Origin: Protoeuglena noctilucae
Taxonomy: Eukaryota
Assembly: GCA_958009085.1 (NCBI GenBank)
Contig: OY253674.1
Coordinates: forward strand, 806,001 to 870,000
DNA length: 64,000 bases
Direction: 5' to 3'
The translations under genes and the position numbers were made by a program. A model generated the notes under the pieces. That model was not told the DNA's origin. It was given only the letters and a program-made list of their open reading frames with translations, and did not search any database. Shown in pieces: positions 25,686 through 38,571 of the stretch; the first letter of the stretch is position 1, and each line of letters begins with the position of its first letter.

Positions 25686-26977
25686 TCAGGTCATGCCCCC
25701 CCTGCCCTTTCGCTGTGCGAGCTTCTCTCGCCAGGATGCCTTGCTCGCCACTGCCTCGGCGGCTCCAGACGCAAGCACACCCAACGCAGCGTCTGCGCCC
25801 GGCACCTCCGCGACCTGCGGGGCCGCGACCGCACCCGCCGAGTCGCCACGCGCGATGCCCGCCTCGCCAAAGATAGCCGCCGCGTGCGCAGCGTCGTCGC
25901 CGGCCCGCGCCCGAACCCCTCGCGACGCCCCAGGCGCCCCGAACAGCGCCCCCACCGCCCCCTCGTCCTCCGCCCTTCCTGCGAGCTTCCAAAGCGCACG
26001 CACTGTGCCGCGCGCCCTGCATCTGCGCCGCCACCGAGCATCGCAGCCCTGCGTCCCGAGCATCAATGCCGGTCACCTGCCAGCTCCTCTTGCTCCTCTT
26101 GAAGGGGCGCAGACGAGTCGAACACGAAACGAGTCCACCCCGCCCCAGACCGCTCCTCTTGCCGCCGCCGGCCGCGCCCCTCCCTCTCCGCCGCCCGCAG
26201 CTGAGCCTCCATAGCAGCCCGCACCCGCTCCCTCCCAGAGCCACCACCTCCAGCCCGCCCCTGCCCGCCGCTTGGCACCCCAGCCTGTCCCCGGCCGTCC
26301 CGGTGCTCCAAAGGTCGCGAGGGACTCGCCCCTTTGTCAGGTCCCGCCCCTTGTGTTCCCCTCCTGCCAGGGGCCCCTGCTCGATTTTCCAAAGTGCCCC
26401 GCGCCCTCCCACCCATCGCGTAATCTGGGCTCCCTCCAGCCCTTCCACCCACCGCATAGTCTGGGCTTCCCCTGGCCCTCCCTCCCACCGCATAGTCTGG
26501 ACTCCCTCTAGCCCTCCCGCCCACCGCGTAATCTGGGCTCTGGCGGCCCCGGTCTTGGCTTGGGCTCGGGCTCCTCGCCGGCTCGTCCCTTGGAGGCAAC
26601 CCGAGCTTCTTCCGCTCGGCGTACATCTGAAATGGGTGAAAGTGGATGAACATGAGCCGCTGTCCTAGTTTCTGAGTGCTCTGCTCAGCCACTCACACTC
26701 TGCTCGCCTTCAGCTTGTCGCGCACGGCGTTGGCCTCCCTCTGCGCCCTGTACGCATCGTGCACCGCCGCTGCGCCTTCATCGTCCCCCGCATCGCCATC
26801 TTGGCTTGCGAAGCCAAGGCCCTGCTTGGCGGAAGTTCAGTTGCGCTCGTTTGCCTTGACGAAGCTCCCGTTCATCTCACAAGCGGGCGATGTGTCGCTC
26901 CTCACCCTCCGCTGACGCGCATTGCGATCGACCGTCTGAAAGTGGCGATAGAGGCGGTCGGCCGTCTCCTCTTCCAT
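25686..26977 (-). CDS. Uncharacterised protein with internal 12-aa tandem repeat, 4 exons
   Basis: Spliced MEEETADRLYRHFQ...RR-GLGFA...DKLK-MYAERKKLG...WTRFVFD...HAAAIFG...SWREK. Confidence 0.6.
26398..26540 (-). repeat. 36-bp coding tandem repeat, about 4 copies (SPDYA[V/M]GGRA[R/G]G)
   Basis: Repeated cc(c)acc/atcgc[g/a]ta[a/g]tctgg units at 36-nt spacing; ORF translation shows the repeat. Confidence 0.85.
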
Positions 26978-27220
26978 GATTTGCACACACTCTCGTCGCT
27001 GTTGATTGACAAAGGATCTCCCTGATGCACCGTCAGCGTCCTCTCACCATGGAAGAGTCAAGACGGATGCGACATTCAGTCCCCTCGCTCAGCCGGGCCA
27101 AGAAATCAATGCTGACATGGCTGACGTGAAACGCCAGCGATGCTGCTCGCTTCAAGCCCACCCGCAGCTGGCGACGCTGCCGGAAATGCTACGAGAGTGC
27201 GCCGGTGAAAACGGCCACCT

Positions 27221-27762
27221 ATGTTTCAGAGTCTTTCGCGAGGGCCGGTGCGCATGATTGCCGGGTCCGCGTCCGCCGCCCACAGGGCGCACGGGCACAG
27301 CCACCATGGCCCTGTTGGGCAGGCAATCGAGAGGAAGCTCAGAGAAGCGCTGTCTCCCAGTGAGCTGGTGATTAGGAACGACTCGCACCACCATGCTGGA
27401 CACAGTGGCAACCCTACGGGCGCGGCCGACGCAGGTGCGGCCTCCCGCGCCGTTCGCCAGGGCGCCCGCATGCATCCTTGACTCCTCCGCTATCGCACCG
27501 TGACCGCGCTGCGCCGCTCGTTCTTTCAGAGACGCATTTCACGGTCGAGGTCCGCTCCGACCGCTTCCACGGCCTGGGCCTGCTGCACAGGCACAGGCAC
27601 ATCAACGAGCTGTTGAAAGAGGAGTTCAGCAAAGGCTTGCACGCTCTCAGGTGCGGTCGTGACGGCGCTCGAGCCCAGCTTGGCCTGCCCTGCGCTTCTC
27701 GAGCCCCTGCCTTTCTTCGTAAACCGTGCAGCATCAAGGCCAAGGCGCCCGGCGAGCCGTGA
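27221..27762 (+). CDS. BOLA1: BolA-family protein (BolA1-like), 3 exons
   Basis: IERKLREALSPSELVIRNDSHHHAGH, ETHFTVEVRSDRF, RHRHINELLKEEF..GLHAL-SIKAKAP. Confidence 0.92.
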
Positions 27763-27842
27763 CCGCAATTAATCGTCAAGATGGACTCTCGTATTGTCTT
27801 TCGAGTGATCTGCAATCGAGCCTGTCTACATCACTCGTCGCG

Positions 27843-30800
27843 TCAGCTTTTGCAAAGGCGAAGCAGATCCAAGGCCTGCTGCCGGAGTGTCTCCGTCGCT
27901 GCGTCGGCCGCCGGCTCCGTTCCTAGCGCCCCGCGGACTTCCGCAGCCACCTCTCCCACGTCGTGCGCGTCCATCCACACCGAGTATTGCCTCGTCGTCA
28001 GGTTCATCGCCTCGTGCGGCATCCGGAGGGACTCGCTGCGCGCGGGCGAGGCGCGCGGGAGCTTGGAAAGCTAGTAGCTTGAAGGTGGTGACAGAGCATC
28101 TGCATGCGCGCTAGCCCTTGATTGCGGCTCACCTGGCCCGTGCCACAGCGAGGTGTGCTGCCAGGACGGGAGGCAGGCCGTCCTTCTTGGCGGTCTCCGC
28201 GAGCCGCGCCGGTTCCACGACGAGTGTCTTCTTCAGAGCCCGCACTGCCAGGTGCACGGGCCCTGTCGCCGCCACGGGCACGATGTGCTGGGACACGAGG
28301 GCCTCGACCTCGCTGACGTCCTTCAGGAGCTGCATCTGGCCCGTGGGCTCGACCCTGCGTGGGCGTCAGGCGGCAATTAGGTGCGATGCGGCAACTGGCG
28401 GTGACGAGAGGGGCCTGGCGCAAGTCGTACCGGAGCATGCAGGTGTGCCGCAGCAACAGCGTGAGGAGCCTGGACGCGAGGTGGGTCGCAATGGAGAGCC
28501 CCAGGGATGGCTGGCTGGGGCGGACCGGGGGCGAGAAGCGCGAGAAGAGGTCGGCGTGGCACTTGGACAGCGTGGCGGCGATTTGGGTCACGAAAGCGGA
28601 CGTCCGCGTCACGGCGCCCGACGCCGCCGCAGAGGGCCCCTCCGATCCGTGCATGTCGCACACGTGAGACTCCAGCCTCTCCAGGTAGCCGTGGTACATG
28701 GGCGCCACGAGCTGCACGGCAAGAGCAAGGTGCATAGGGTCACATCATGCAGATGAGCAAATGCAAGTCTACAGACTGGGCTCCAGCGCACACACGTGCC
28801 CCTATCACACGACCCCCCGCGTACCTGGCAGGCGGATGCCTCCAGGTCCGCCGCTGCGGATGCAAGGACCGTCGCCGCCGCGTCGCCGACTTTGACGCTC
28901 GACGATAACCCCTCAATGCCTCTGTGCACCTCCTGGAGACACCCGAACAGCTGGATGCTCGCAGCTTGGGCGGGGGTACAGGGGCCCGAGATGTCTGAAA
29001 TGTCCACGGGGTCGTCTGCTAGCGCCTCCGAGCGAGCCACCAGGGTCCTGGGGAGTGAGGCAAGAGGTGGGAAGTGAGCAAAGGCAGTTCGCAAGGCAAG
29101 GCACGGGGCGCGTCAGTCTAGCTCACCGGAGCGCGGAGGCGATCTGGTGCGCGACGCCCTCCGACAGCGTGGCGGACCCTTGGCTGCTGCGGACGGCGTC
29201 GTGCATCTCCGCCACGACACGCTGCATGGAGGCGACGGGCGGGAGGGTCCCGCGTCCCGGGTCGGGCATGGCGGCCTGCACGCGGTCCGAGAGGCGGGCA
29301 GCCACCCCGGCGACGTACGCGTCCTGGACCGGGGCGAACACTGCCAGAAACGCCTCCGCGTCCCCGGCCGAGAAGAGCGCCCCCTCCGAGGCCCACTCGG
29401 GGGGCGCCTCCTCGCTGAGTGCCAGGAACACCCCCTCGGCGCTTTGGAGGACTGCGAGGGGGCGGGCCATCGGCAGGTTTTGATGTCATGTGAGGGCAGC
29501 GAAGGTGGCGGCGACACGACGCCGCGAGGTTTGCGTGACCCGGTCCGTGCTCTACCAGCCCCGCTGCTGCGTGCAGGGGATTCAAAACCCATCCTGCGCC
29601 GCTCTGGTCTCGTCGCCTCACCCTTGGAAGCCCGCAACGCCAGCGTCTCCCTCAGTGCCCCACCCCCCGGTCCTGCCAGGGCCTTCGACAGTCGCGAGCG
29701 CACCGACTGCGTCGCATCGGCCCAGAACCGCGCCGATAAGGACTCGCCGCGGCCGCCCGAGTAGCCGGGGGAGTCCCGAGACTGTTGCAGGATACGCTGC
29801 ACACGCCACACCCACAGCGCCCCCTGCTGCACGCGGGCCAGCAGGCTTTGGACGCGCTCCACGGCGCCCGCCGCAGCCTCGGGAGACACCGCGGGCTCAC
29901 TGGCCGCCAGCGGCCGCAGACCTGCCGAGCCCAGCAGCGTGGCGCTGCCTGGGGCGGGGCCCAAGGGCCTGGTATCGAAGGCGGCCTCCGCCCCGCGGTC
30001 CACGTCGCGGGTGCAGCGCCGCAGCAGGGCTTCAAGCGCGTCGGGTAGCTTCCCAAGGTCGCGGAAGACCGTCACGGCGTCGCCAATGTCCGCCTGGCGG
30101 GAGAGGCGAGGAGAGGCGCGGGTGGCGTCGGTACGCCCTGCCTCAAGAGCACTCCGCAGCCTGGACGGTGCTATGGCGCGCTGGCGCCCTCACCTGCGAC
30201 CCCGTGCGGAGACCCGAATCAAAGAGGCCCTGGGCCAGGGTGTGGATGCGGCGCTCGGCGTCAGCCACGGCGCTGCGGTAGGGGTCGGCCGCGGGGACGC
30301 GCTTGAGTTTCTGGGATTCCGCGACGTGCGCCGCGTCGGCGGCGAGGCGCGCGGCCCGGGCCAGGCCCTGGCGGAGCGCGGCGGGCAGGGCTCCCTTGAC
30401 GCTCGGTTCGGCGGTGAGCGCGGACTCGACCGCGTCCATCTCTTGGCGCACGCGGTCCGCGTGCTTGACCAGCTGCGCGAATGCCGCCGCAGCGCCGGCC
30501 GCGTCCATCGCGTGCGACAGGGCCGCGATCCGCGAGGCGAGGTCGCTCTCCGCTGCGCGCAGCTCCGCCTGCCATCGCCCCGACGCGCTCTTCAGGTACT
30601 GGGAGGCCAGGAACAGGCCATACAGGCCCTTCTCTGCCTCGTTCACATGCTGGGCGCTGCAGGCAGAGACGGATACCGGCAAATTCCTTGCTCCACCGAC
30701 GCCTCGACGAGCGCTGGGGCCATCGCGTCGATCCAGCCAAATTTCGCCCCCTCTTGCATCCAGGTACGCATGCGCACACCTCTCAAGCAGGTCGTCGCAG

Positions 30801-31100
30801 TGCTGCGCGACATAGCGGCCGAGGTATCCGCGAATCACACCGAGCGCCCTCTTCAGCGCCTCGCCCTCCTGAAATGCGGAGCTTGCGCCGCCCTGCGGAA
30901 GCGCGACTGGGTTCCCTGACCAAAATCGTGCGAGTTGCTAGCCATAGATGCGCGCAGCACCCACGGCTCGATCCAGGAGGTCGCCCGCACGCGTGATCGC
31001 TCCTCGCCTTGAGAGTCCGCGCGCTGAACTCCAGCGGGTCGAAGCCTCGCGCAAACGGCGCCAAAGCGGGGTCCCCTGCCCACCCTCCCACCCCCCCCAT
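27843..31100 (-). CDS. COG5: Conserved oligomeric Golgi complex subunit 5, multi-exon
   Basis: FDPLEFSARTL, YVAQHCDDLL, VFRDLGKL, VWRVQRIL, RFW, FAPVQDAYV..RLSD, LLRHTCML, MQLLKD; C-terminal PHEAMNLTTRQYSVWMDAH. Confidence 0.8.
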
Positions 31101-31429
31101 CGGTCAGCGCTGTCTTTTAATGACAAGTGAGAAGCAACCCACATCAGCTTCGCCCGATGAAGGCTACCCCCGCAATCAAGACACAGCACGGGTCACATCG
31201 CAGACAGCGCGCCTTCTTTGAATGCATTGATTGCTTCCCAAGGCGTGTCAGGTAGGGCACCCAAAAGGTCAACGACTCCTTCAATTGCTGTCGCGTGGTG
31301 GCTCACCAAGCAGGTCGATGATATCGTGATACTTAGCTGGTGCTGGAAGGCGGCCCATGCGGCCTGTGTGCCCTTCCCCCCTTTTTTCCCCCTCCTGTTC
31401 CCTTCCTCCTGAACGCCCTACACGCCGCC

Positions 31430-33610
31430 ATGAACCCCGAGAGTTACCTCCAGCTGGTTGCGAGGAGCAAGCTGGAGAAGCTCCAGGTGCCTGCGGCGCT
31501 CCATGCGTCATGTGACGGCCAAACACTCAAACTGCCTTGCAGCCCAACCCTGCGCCCCGCGATGGCCGCTTTTCCTTCCAGACTGCCCACAACTGGCATG
31601 ACTTCTTTGATGATGCTCAGGCGAAACTTTCCAGGACTTTCTTCAGCGCAATTCTGGAGGGCAGGACCGAAGACGTCGCGGCAGCCTTGCAGAAATACCC
31701 GACAATCAGGGAAGCCCGGGCAGCGCCTGGGGGCGCCACGCCGCTCATCATCGCAGCGGGAGCGGGCAATTGCGGAATCGTGGAGCAGCTCCTGGAAGCA
31801 GGGGCGTCGCTGGACGAGACAGACGACACCGGTGCGACGCCGCTCATCATGGCCGCCTTCATGGGACGGCGCGACGTCATCCAGCTCATCCTCTCGTCCG
31901 AAGACGCCGAGGCACGTGCCGACCCAAGCCGTGGGCGTTTCCACGCAGCAGCGGGTGGACGCTCTAACCGCCATGGCGGCGCCGACACCCCAGCTCGGCT
32001 TTCGCTGCCGTGATGATGTGAACTCCCCGCCAGCTTCCTCCTCCCGCAGCGCCGGGGCCGCAGCCGGCTGCTGGAGGCCACGACGAGCGGTGGCGAGACG
32101 GCGCTGATGGCTGCGTCCAAGAAGGGTTACGTCAGCTCCATCCGGGCGCTGCTGCAGGCGGGCGCTGACGTCTCTGCGGTATCCGAGGAGGGCCTCACGC
32201 CGCTCGCCTTCGCGGCGGGATCGCTGTGGGCGCCGGCGGTGCAGGAGCTGCTTGCGGCAGGCGCCGACCCGTGCCAGCCCTGCGGACCCGACCGTGTCCT
32301 CCCCGTCATGCTCGCGGCGGCTCACGGCAGCGAGGCCGCCGTCCAGGCCCTGCTGGGCGCTGCCGGGCCCAGGGATTCGAATGCCGGCGACCTCGATGGG
32401 CCGAGACTCCCCCGGGCGTCCCCAGGCGGCGGAGGGGCCAGCACGTCGGGGCCACCGGCAGTGGGGCCCCAAGAGCCCCCAGCAGCCGCAGCCCAGGGAC
32501 CACCGGGGGCAAGAGAGGCCGTAGGCGCTCAGACCGGTGGACACAAAGAAGGTGGTCCCGCAGCTGCGGGAGCATCGCTGCCAGCTCCCGTGGCAATTAA
32601 CCCCGAGGGCTCAGCAAAGGGCCCGGAGGCAGCCATCGGTGGGGACCGGGGTGCCCCTCGCGCTCCCAAGACGGAGGCAGTGGGGCATCAGACCGTGTTT
32701 TACGAGGCCGGGTATGCGTCCGAGTCGCCAGCGTCGGGGAAGCCGCAGACGGCGTCCACGTCGTCGTCGCGCTCTGGCAGTCCCGTCGCCGGGCCCATGT
32801 CGACGGAGGAGGTGCTGCAGATTAGGCGAGGGGCGGCAGGCTCGCAGCATGCTGGCGTTGCGCTGTGAGAGGGCGGGATGCCTGAGGACAGCAGAGCAAC
32901 GCAGTGTCTTCTCTCGGTCGCAGGGACGCCCGCGGCATGACGGTGTTCCTGCACGCGTGTTCGGGGGGACAGCTCAGCGTCGCGCGCCTGCTGCTGGAGA
33001 AAGGCGCCGACCCCAACGTGCGCGACTACGCGGGGAGGGGTTCGGTTTATTTGGCCGCCCAGTCGGGGAAAGTCGAGTTGCTGCGGTGGCTCCTGGGACC
33101 CAGCAATGCCGCGATCGAGGATGCGACCTTGCGCCGGTCTACGCCCCTCTTTGCTGCAGTTGTTCGCGGGCACCTCGAGGTCATTGAGGAGCTGCTCAAC
33201 CGGGGCGCCAGGTGCGTGGGCTGCGGTTGCGTGAGTGCCATGTGACACATGGTGCAAGGGGAGAGCTGTTGCACCTCGGCGACCCCCGCAGGCTGGAAGC
33301 GAGGGACTGGAAGGGCCGCACGCCCCTCGCCAAGGCCGCGTCCCGAGGGATGACGCAGGTCTGCAAGTTCCTCATCGCGAAGGACGCGGACCTCACGGCT
33401 GCGGACGCAGAGGGCCACGTTCCCCGAAACCTGGCTGCCAAGGTGCGGCCGGGCAAGGAGGATGCTCGTTTGAGACCCCCTGATGTCCAAGCGTAGCCTC
33501 GCGACTCTGCGACCCTCTTGTGCATGCAGCATGGTCACCACGAGACTGCCGAGATGCTCAGCAGGGCAGCGAGGGAGGCCTTCATGGCTCCCAACTGGCA
33601 GGAGAACTAG
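31430..33610 (+). CDS. Ankyrin-repeat protein (two ankyrin clusters separated by a low-complexity linker)
   Basis: GATPLIIAA, GATPLIMAA, GETALMAAS, GLTPLAFAA, RDARGMTVFLHAC, STPLFAAV, GRTPLAKAA. Confidence 0.9.
32826..32923 (+). other. GC-AG intron in the ankyrin gene
   Basis: AG|gcgagg...tcgcag|G gives LQIR-DARGMTVF and removes an in-frame TGA. Confidence 0.8.
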
Positions 33611-34053
33611 AAGCGTGATGCGTGATATCATGTGTGGTGCCTCCCTCGAGGCCACTCACCAGTGCCTGGTCTTGCCAAATGTCGAACAACGGCGTCGCTC
33701 CTGCGAGCAACTCTTGCTTATGGCGATTCCAGTCAATCAAAAAGCTCCATGCCTTCGCTTCGTCCAGCAAGTGCAAGACGTTTTCCGGCAGCGACTGGCG
33801 GGCACCGCAGCGACGATTGCAGCAGAGCGCTCCACTACTGCATCAGTACACGATTGCAGGACCTCTAGCAGTATTTACCCACGGAATTTCAAACGCGCGC
33901 GACCACCCTGGCGACGAGTTGACAACCGACGCGTCGGGGACCCCGGCGAGGATCTCTGAGAGCCCCAGCGCTCGTAATTCCACCAAAATAATCGAGCGGG
34001 CCTGACGCTGCGCACAATCGTGGCACGCCCGGAGGGGCACGCGTCGAGGGAGG

Positions 34054-35597
34054 ATGGCAGCCCAGATGGAGGCCCCGCAGCAGCAGGCGGGCGCCAATCA
34101 GGAGGAAGAGCACGTCGTGGAGACGGGACCTATTCCCATCGACAGGCTGCAGGTGGCTTGAGCCCTCGCGCGCGGCGCTGCGGGGGCGAGAGGGAGCAGC
34201 ATGCTCAGCATGACCGCGACGCCCCCGCGACCCCGCCGACCCCCCCGCGCCCAGGAGCTGGGCATCGCCGCTTCGGACATTAAGAAGCTGGTGGATGGAG
34301 GCATCAACACGGTCGAGGGTCTCGCGCACGCGGCGAAGAAAGACCTGCTGGCCATCAAGGGGCTGAGCGAGGCCAAGGTGGACAAGCTGCAGAAGGAAGG
34401 TGCGTGGCTCTGGCGCCCACTGTCTCCGCCTGCCTAGAGCACCTGCTGGCGTGAGCCGCAGCCCCCTCGTGTCGGCCTTGTCCCGCAGCATGGAAGCTCA
34501 TCCCGATGGGCTTCACCACAGCGACGGTCATAGCCCAGCAGCGCGAGGACATCATCCAGATATCCACGGGATCCAAGGTGAGAGCCCTGGTCAGCATGGA
34601 GCCGTGGCTTCCGCACGGGCCGTTCCAGGTCCCCTTCGCGGCATCGGCTGAGCCCCCACCCCTCTCATGTCACCCCTGTGCTCTCCCAGGAGCTCGACTC
34701 GATCCTGGAGGGTGGCATGGAGACGGGGTCGATCACGGAGATTTACGGGGAGTTCCGTTCCGGGAAGACGCAGCTGTGCCACACGCTTTGCGTGACGTGC
34801 CAGCTGCCGATCGAGATGGGAGGCGGCGAGGGCAAGTGCCTGTACATCGACACGGAGGGGACGTTCCGGCCGCAGCGCCTCATCCAGATCGCCGAGCGGT
34901 ACGGCCTCAACCCCCAGGACGTCCTCGACAACGTCGCGTACGCCCGTGCCCACAACACGGACCACCAGACGCAGCTGCTGGTGGCGGCCGCCTCGATGAT
35001 GGCCGAGTCGAGGTTTGCCCTCATCATCGTGGACTCCGCCACGGCCCTGTACAGGTGAGGTCGAGCGGGTGGAGCTGCGTGCGCGTGACTGGTAGCACTA
35101 GCGCGGGTGGCCGATCTGAGAGCGCTGGGTCGTGCCCCACGCCAGCGCAGGTCGGAGTTCAACGGCCGGGGGGAGTTGTCGGTGCGGCAGGTGCACCTGG
35201 GCCGGTTCCTCAGGAGCCTCCAGCGGCTGGCGGATGAGTTTGGGGTGGCCATCGTCATTACCAACCAGGTCGTGGCGGCCAACCTGGACGGTGGGGCCAT
35301 GTTCGCCGGACCCAGGTGCGCTAGGGGCAGACGGCGAGCCTGTTGGGGTCTGCAGTTTGTTTGACGCCGTATGCATGCGACGCTGCTCACGTCAGCTCGA
35401 CCGGTCGCCTGTGGCGCCCACGCAGCGTCAAGCCCATCGGCGGCAACATCATGGCCCACGCCTCCACCACGCGCCTGTGGCTCAAGAAGGGCCGCGGGGA
35501 GACGCGCGTGTGCAAGATCGTCAGCAGCCCGTCCCTGCCGGAGCGCGAGGCGACCTTCGGCATTGGCCCAGAGGGGGTCAACGATGCGAAAGAGTAG
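34054..35597 (+). CDS. RAD51: DNA recombinase RAD51, 6 exons
   Basis: [80 protein letters not shown]. Confidence 0.97.
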
Positions 35598-35856
35598 CGC
35601 ACGCTTGACTGGCTGCGACAGGGCCAGTCGGCCCCGCACTTCTGCAACGCGGAGGCGTTGGCGCCAGCTGTGCCCGATGCTGCGGCCCCTAGGCCTGCCA
35701 TCGTGCTGTGCTCTGTCTGTTTCCGCGTGAGTAGCACTGGAAGCCCGAGACTGATGTGGGATGTGAATGGTAGCGTAAAGGCATTCAATCGCGGCGTGGC
35801 ACAAGTCGCGGATCGCGGCGGCCCCGAGGGGCGATGCGGTGTGTGGCCGCTTCCCG

Positions 35857-37581
35857 TCACGCCCCGCCGGCCCAGGGCGTCCAGCTGCCCCCACTAAGGC
35901 TCCCGAGGTAGGGCCGCGTGCCCACCGATGAGCCCTGGCTGTCGCCCCCGAAGAGTCCCGTCAGGACCCCCGGGGACCCGGACGTGAGGAGCGACGCGAG
36001 TCGGTCGTGCACGTTGGTCTTGAGCGTCTGGATCTCCGACCTCTGCGGGGGCGAGGGCGCGGCGGGGCATCCCGAACACGGCGGTGTTAGTGTGTCACAG
36101 CATCGCGAACGGAGACATGGGATGGGGCGGAGTTGGGAGGGCCCTCAAGGCAAAACGCAGCGTGCCGCACCGCAGCCGAGATGATGGGGAGTACCGTGCC
36201 GCTCCCGGCATCCCCCGAGCCCATCAGCTGGCCCTGTAGACCCCCCAGGAGCCCATCCATTGTCGCGAGGTTGTTGTCTGTCTGAGAGGAGAGGTACACG
36301 GCAAGAAGCACTGCACGGATGACCTTGTCGTATGTGGGGTCCTGCGCGAAAGTGAGTATACTGTGAGTTAGCTTGTGTAAGGATATGAACACGCATGAGA
36401 GGTGCGTGACGATGCATGTCGTGGGACCCATGGACAGGCACCCGCAGCACCTGACTCCATGCGACAGCCAGAGGCGACGCGGTGGCCCCCGAAGGAGCGG
36501 TCCCCTGCTGCAGGGCCGCCAGGTGCGGGAAGCGCTGGGCCAGGATCTCCTGCAGCGTCGGAATCGCCGCCGCTGGGCCAGTCTGCGGGTGCAACTTTAG
36601 AGATGAAGTCACTCACTCGCACGTCTGACGGGGTTGGACCCAGATCATCGCTTAAGGCGCAGCTGGGCACCTGGCCGGTGGCTTGGGCGGGGCTGGCGGG
36701 TCCTGTGGGATCAGACTTGGCAGCCACGGGAACCATGGTTTGGGACGGAGTGGGGGCAGGCGTGGCCGGGGCCGGTGGGGGCTGCCAGGGGCATAGCGTC
36801 AGAGTGAAGCGTCGGAGGATGAGCGGCCGGGTGTCTGCAAGCAAGCGACGATGCGAGCACGCAGTAGGCCGCGCTTGGGGCCCAGGCATGGCACGCATGG
36901 TCTTGTGGCCAGGCCCAGGGTCCCCTCACCTGCGTTGGGGGCGGTGTCTTGCACGTGGAGGGTCCAGGTGCCCTGCGAGCCCCCGCTGCCGGCATCCACG
37001 CTCGTCCCCTGAACCAGAGAAGCGAGGGGCTCCTCTGGCAGCCACTCCCCCGTGAAGGGGGCATACCCGGTGCCGTTCCAGGGGAAAGGCTGGGACGCGG
37101 TGTCGGAGAAGACCGTGCCGACGAGGTCTGCGGTGAGACCGCCTGCGCGCTGGGGCTTGAGGACCGCGGTCGCTGCCTCTTGGGTGGAGCCCGGCGGGGT
37201 GGCGGCGAGGGAGATCTGGGAAACAGAGGGGGGGTCGAGGCCTTTGTCCAAAATTTCAGTGTTGGCATCGGCGTTGCAATAGCTGTGCAATCTCTTGCAG
37301 TCCCTCGCCTCCAGGGCGCCAATCCGCGGGTCGTCGAGGTCCAGGGCGACCTCTAGGGACGCCACGCGGAAGGCGTCGTTCACGGCGATCGAGGCGGACC
37401 AGTGGTAGCCCCCGTCATTCACGAGGTGGTAGACAGTGTAGCTGGGGCACGCCGGGGCGCTAGCGGCGGCCGCTGCCGCCGAGGAGGCCAGCGTCCGACC
37501 CAGGCACACTTGAGCCAGCAGTGCTGCGCCGATCCACAGCCGTGTAGGACGTGGACCCGCCGCTCGCGACCTGGTATGCAT
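35857..37581 (-). CDS. Secreted protein with a proprotein-convertase P-domain-like module, Pro/Thr linker and novel helical C-terminus
   Basis: Signal peptide (LWIGAALLAQVCLG); SIAVND..VASLEVALDL..IGALE-ISL, VFSDTA..APFTGEWLPEEPL, GTWTLHVQDTA..LRRFTLTL resemble the P_proprotein fold. Confidence 0.65.
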
Positions 37582-37886
37582 TGTGAAGCAGTGCCTTCAC
37601 CGTTGAGACGAACGAATAGAGCATGCGCGATAACGGCGGGTTCAGGCTCCCCGAGGGCCGCTGCACACGCGGACGGAGCAACCGGGCGTGCGGGTAAGCT
37701 GATGACCTGCAGTTTTGCTAGGAGACATTGTCGCATGTCGGCTGTCTTTCCGGCTTGCGCATCGGGCGAGTCGACTCTGCCAGTCTGCTGACAACGAGCC
37801 CTCGAAAGGCCGACGGGAGCGACGTCCTCGTCAATCTTGTGGGACAAGTTACATCTCAACTTCACCGGAAGCCTCTTAGCCTCAAG

Positions 37887-38571
37887 ATGTCGACCACAGT
37901 TCAGTGCTCGTGCATTCGGCAGGCCACCTGCCCCCCGCGGGGCCGCGTGCGGGCACGCGCGGTCCCTCAGGTGACCCTAGGCGTGCCGATCTGCCGTCTG
38001 CACTCGTTCGATGCGCTGCGGGAGGGTCTATTGAATCGCTGCCCTGTCCATGCTCCCAGGCGCGGAACGGGCACGGGGTTGAGCGCCTCGGAGCGGGGGT
38101 CCTCGTCGCGCTGACGCTCTTGGCCACGCCACTCCAGACCCACGCGGCAGTGGCGGCCCTGCCGCCGCCGGGGGAGGTTGGCAAGGACCTGTGAGAGCGC
38201 CACGCACGCCCATGTCGGTCTCGTTGGCAACGCAGCATAGAAGCTGGGACGTCCAGCTCGCTCGCCGCAGCCAACGGCGTCGTTCTCGGTGCGCGCAGGT
38301 TGGAGCGCGGCAAGGACGCTGCCCAGGGCGCCAAGAGCGCCTCGGACGCCGCGGCCCGCAAGGCCAGTGAGGCCAAGGACCTCCCGTCGCAGGTGCCCAG
38401 CCCGGGAAACATCGTCGAGGGCATCAAGGAGAAGACCCAGAAGGCCGTGAGTGGGCTGCCGCGCTCGAGGCTCTGCCTATGCCCGCCTATCCGTCCGCCG
38501 CCGACGCGCCTTGGGAGCTGCGGTGGAGCTGCTCCCGCATCCTCCCGCAGATCGAGGGGCCCTTCTCCTGA
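37887..38571 (+). CDS. Small protein with a probable bipartite (thylakoid-lumen-type) transit peptide, 4 exons
   Basis: MSTTVQCSC...RVRARA, hydrophobic LGAGVLVALTLLATPLQTHAA, then a K/A/D-rich amphipathic tail ending IEGPFS*; GT-AG introns keep the frame. Confidence 0.6.

Noticed and set aside
33483..33959. 158-aa ORF between the ankyrin gene and RAD51
   Set aside because: Lower GC, no codon bias, overlaps the last ankyrin intron/exon and 3' UTR; probably non-coding.
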